Of a DNA stretch of 64,000 nt, positions 61,320 to 64,000 are shown one piece after another. The DNA comes from Octopus bimaculoides (taxonomy: Eukaryota), in assembly GCF_001194135.2 (NCBI RefSeq), contig NC_068993.1, positions 44,836,377 to 44,900,376 on the forward strand, written 5' to 3'. The notes under the pieces are model-generated. The model saw only the letters and a list, made by a program, of their open reading frames with translations. It was not told the DNA's origin and made no database searches. Every line of letters begins with the position of its first letter. Positions within the stretch are counted from its first letter, which is position 1. A program made the translations under genes and the position numbers.

Positions 61320-61700
61320 GATGCATGATACCTTTGCAAGTGTCTTCTATGCCTTGAGCTGACCAAAGATTTGTTAGTGGGTTTGGTCAACAGAAACTGA
61401 AAGAAGCTTGTTGTGTGTGTGTATGTTTGTGTGTGTATATATGTGTGTTTTTGTCTGTGTTTGTTTCCATCCCTGTAACTTAGTGGCAAAAGAGACCAAT
61501 GGAATAAGTACTAGGCTTAAAAAATAAGTACAGTAATGCCTCGATATATGGAGTTAATTAATTCCAGGAGTATGCTTGTGAAGCGGGTCTTCGTAAAGTG
61601 AGGTATTACTGTACTGAAGTTGATTTGTTTGACTAAAGTTCTTCACGGCAGTGCCCCAGCATGGCTGTAGTCTAATGACCGAAACAAGCAAAAGATAAAC
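61320..61700 (+). mobile_element. SINE with partial B head and type E tail, carrying a nested MITE
   Basis: gcaagtgtcttcta...cagaaactgaaagaagc-(TG)n-...aagtactaggctt...ggcagtgccccagcatggctgtagtc. Confidence 0.75.
61531..61611. mobile_element. 81-bp pogo/Tigger-type MITE
   Basis: TA|CAGTAATGCCTC...GAGGTATTACTG|TA (11/12 TIR match, TA TSD). Removal restores the SINE motif aaaataagta-ctgaagttgatttg. Confidence 0.88.
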
Positions 61701-62494
61701 AATAGTCTAGTTCATTCTCTGTCATCTTTTAGTCAATGATGGAGCCTCTATGCAAATACTTGACCAGCTGGGTTTTGCTGCCAAATCTCTTTCAAGTCAA
61801 ACTTAAATCATTTTAGAAAAAAATGTAGTCTGAGATACAGAAAACAGAAAACATAAAGCTTAAAAACAGAATTGTCACAGCTGCAACAACTTTTATAATC
61901 AGTTAGTGGATCAAAGCTGACCTGGAGCAGAAACATCTATCATTTTTTTTTCTGGACCAGATGCACTCAATTATGTTTACAACATGATGTAGATATTTTG
62001 TTTTTCTCAAAAATCTTTCAATTTGATTTTAATACATTTGGAAGACTTTTTTTTATGTAACTTTGTTGGTTTTGTTGAGTTACGTGATCCACCTTTACCT
62101 GATCCTTGGTACCTTCAAGGTAAACTCTCAAATATTTGTCAGTGTAAGTATTTCATAACAGCTAATGGGATTTTAATGTTCAGTAATTAACTCTGGTAGC
62201 TGGGGAAAATAAGTGCGTGTAACATTATAATCTATATAATAATCTACTTGTTCGTTCACCTGTTACACTTTAGTTACTAAGAGAGGTGGGGTAAAAGTGA
62301 GAGGGGGAGGAGTGTGAGGAAGAAGTGGAGAAAGATGTATAAAGCCAAATGACTAGTTGAAGGGAGAAGCAAAAAAAAAAAAGTAAGAAAAAAAGATGGT
62401 GAGAGAAAAGAGGGTGAGGGAAGAGTTAATGACACGCTGTAGGGTAGGGAGAGAAAGGTAAAGAGAAAGAGATATGTTTAGAATACATATATGT

Positions 62495-62760
62495 CATCAT
62501 CATCATTTAACATCCGTTTTTCCATGCTGACATGGGTTGGATAGTTTGATGGGAGCTGGCAAACTGGAGGGTTGCATCAAGTGCCAGACTGTTTTGGCAT
62601 GGTTTCTATGGCTGGATGCCCTTCCTAATGCCAACCACTTTACAGAGTGTGCTGGATTGCTATTTTACACGGCACTGGCACAGGTGCTGTTTTAATGTGA
62701 CACTGGCATGTGTGCTTTCTACATGATACCAGCATGAGTGCTTTTTGCCTGATACTGACA
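62495..62760 (-). mobile_element. SINE family C with an internal roughly 27-bp degenerate tandem repeat
   Basis: catcatcatttaacatccg..ttccatgctg.catggg. Repeated tgct.tttt..(g/a)..actggca units at 62660-62760. Confidence 0.75.
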
Positions 62761-63025
62761 GAGGAGCTTTATACTTGGCATCATGTTTGCAAGTGACTCA
62801 ATCTGGGACTGTGTATTGAAACTGAAGCTGTTACATCATGGAAGATCTATCCTAGCCATTTAGTAGTACATAAACCTCTTAAATTCACTTTTAATTTTAT
62901 TTCTATTTTATGTAATGTCAAAATTTCTATTGCACAACTGCAGCCTGGTCACTGACACAGTTCCACTGCAACTCAAAAATATATACACACACACACATAT
63001 GCATGCACACTCACTCACTCACTCA

Positions 63026-63070
<45 letters not shown>

Positions 63071-63559
63071 TCTCTGTCCTTGTAATTGCTAGCAAATACT
63101 TTGCTGTTGGGAACTTAAGGGAATTTCATTCACCCCACCACCTTCTGCCAGTTATCCAGCTGTTGATGCTAGCATAGAGAAGAAGAAGAAGAAGGAAAAC
63201 AAAATAAGCAATGATAACTGAAGAGCCAGTTTTCCTTATTGCAAGCACTGGAGGTCTATTTGATTGGAATGTGCTCTTAAATTGGAGAAGTACTCAGAAG
63301 AGTTTACTGAAGTAGTCACAGATGGTAGAGAGCTAATCAGTGTGAATCATAAATTCTGTTGTTTATTTCAGTGCTCCATGTCTGCAATATAAAATTTCAC
63401 TGTGGATTTGCTTTGTTATCCAATGTCCTATGGTCAATGAAATAAGTCAGTAGCTGTGTGATTTTAGAGTTATAAATAGACTTATTGTATCATGCAGTGT
63501 GATAAATAGACTTACTGTACCATGCAATGTGATTGTGAAGCAAACTTCTTAATCACACA

Positions 63560-63790
63560 CCCATGATTTACTACCATCATGATTGTTTAACATCTACTTT
63601 TCCATACTTCCATGGGTCAGACAGAATTTTTGTTGAGGCAAATTTTGAATGTCTGGGTGCCCTTCCTGTTGCTAACCCTCACCTCTTTCCAAACAAGGTC
63701 ATATCTCCCCATAGCCAGACATGTTTATTACAGAAGACTGGAATACTGGTTTACAATAACCTCAAGGCAAGGGCAAACACACATTTATAT
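63560..63790 (-). mobile_element. SINE family B tail
   Basis: catctactttttccatacttccatgggtcagac...gggtgcccttcctgttgctaaccctcacc..tttccaaac. Confidence 0.75.
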
Positions 63791-64000
63791 ATTTATAAGT
63801 TTATGTCTATAGATTTTCTAAAGAATTTAGAACTAGCACCGAAAGTTACAACATTTTGTATATTAATACATCTATGTAAACAATGCAATCGAAGATAGAA
63901 AAGTTGGTAATGGGTGTATATACATACTTCAGGAGTTATTGCTCCTTGTTCAGCACCACATCCAACCCATTAACTATCCATGAATACATTGCTTAATTAA

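Noticed and set aside
62041-62110. Plus-strand exon LRDPPLPDPWYLQ with donor AAG|GTAAAC
   Set aside because: No canonical CAG or TAG acceptor nearby, and the phase does not follow the 58290 exon.

Overview
Eukaryotic, AT-rich, repeat-saturated DNA with abundant microsatellites and five N gaps. The SINE, MITE and RTE families match what I recognise from octopus (coleoid cephalopod) genomes; this is inferred from the repeats and not confirmed by a search. There are no prokaryotic operons, rRNA, true tRNA genes or CRISPR arrays, and almost all entries in the ORF track are microsatellite, SINE or N-gap artefacts. All recognisable protein-coding remnants belong to transposons: an RTE endonuclease (1-275) and RTE RT fragments, CR1/Jockey-group RT fragments, a 5'-truncated piggyBac (21570-23701) with a SINE inserted just before the second catalytic Asp, a non-autonomous Helitron with both ends (32230-33513), a Tc1 fragment with DD36E spacing (33846-34485), and an RLE-type R4/Dong-like LINE 3' end (59886-60990). 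There are also hAT, mariner, pogo/Tigger, TTAA and Merlin-like MITEs, several with intact TSDs. The most unusual non-coding signal is a minimal hammerhead-ribozyme motif of Penelope-element type on the minus strand (38764-38812). The window is probably mostly intron or intergenic. Two mutually opposite chains of short candidate exons can be built, but neither is identifiable and both are low confidence. Family labels A-G are my own. Boundaries of degenerate repeats are approximate.
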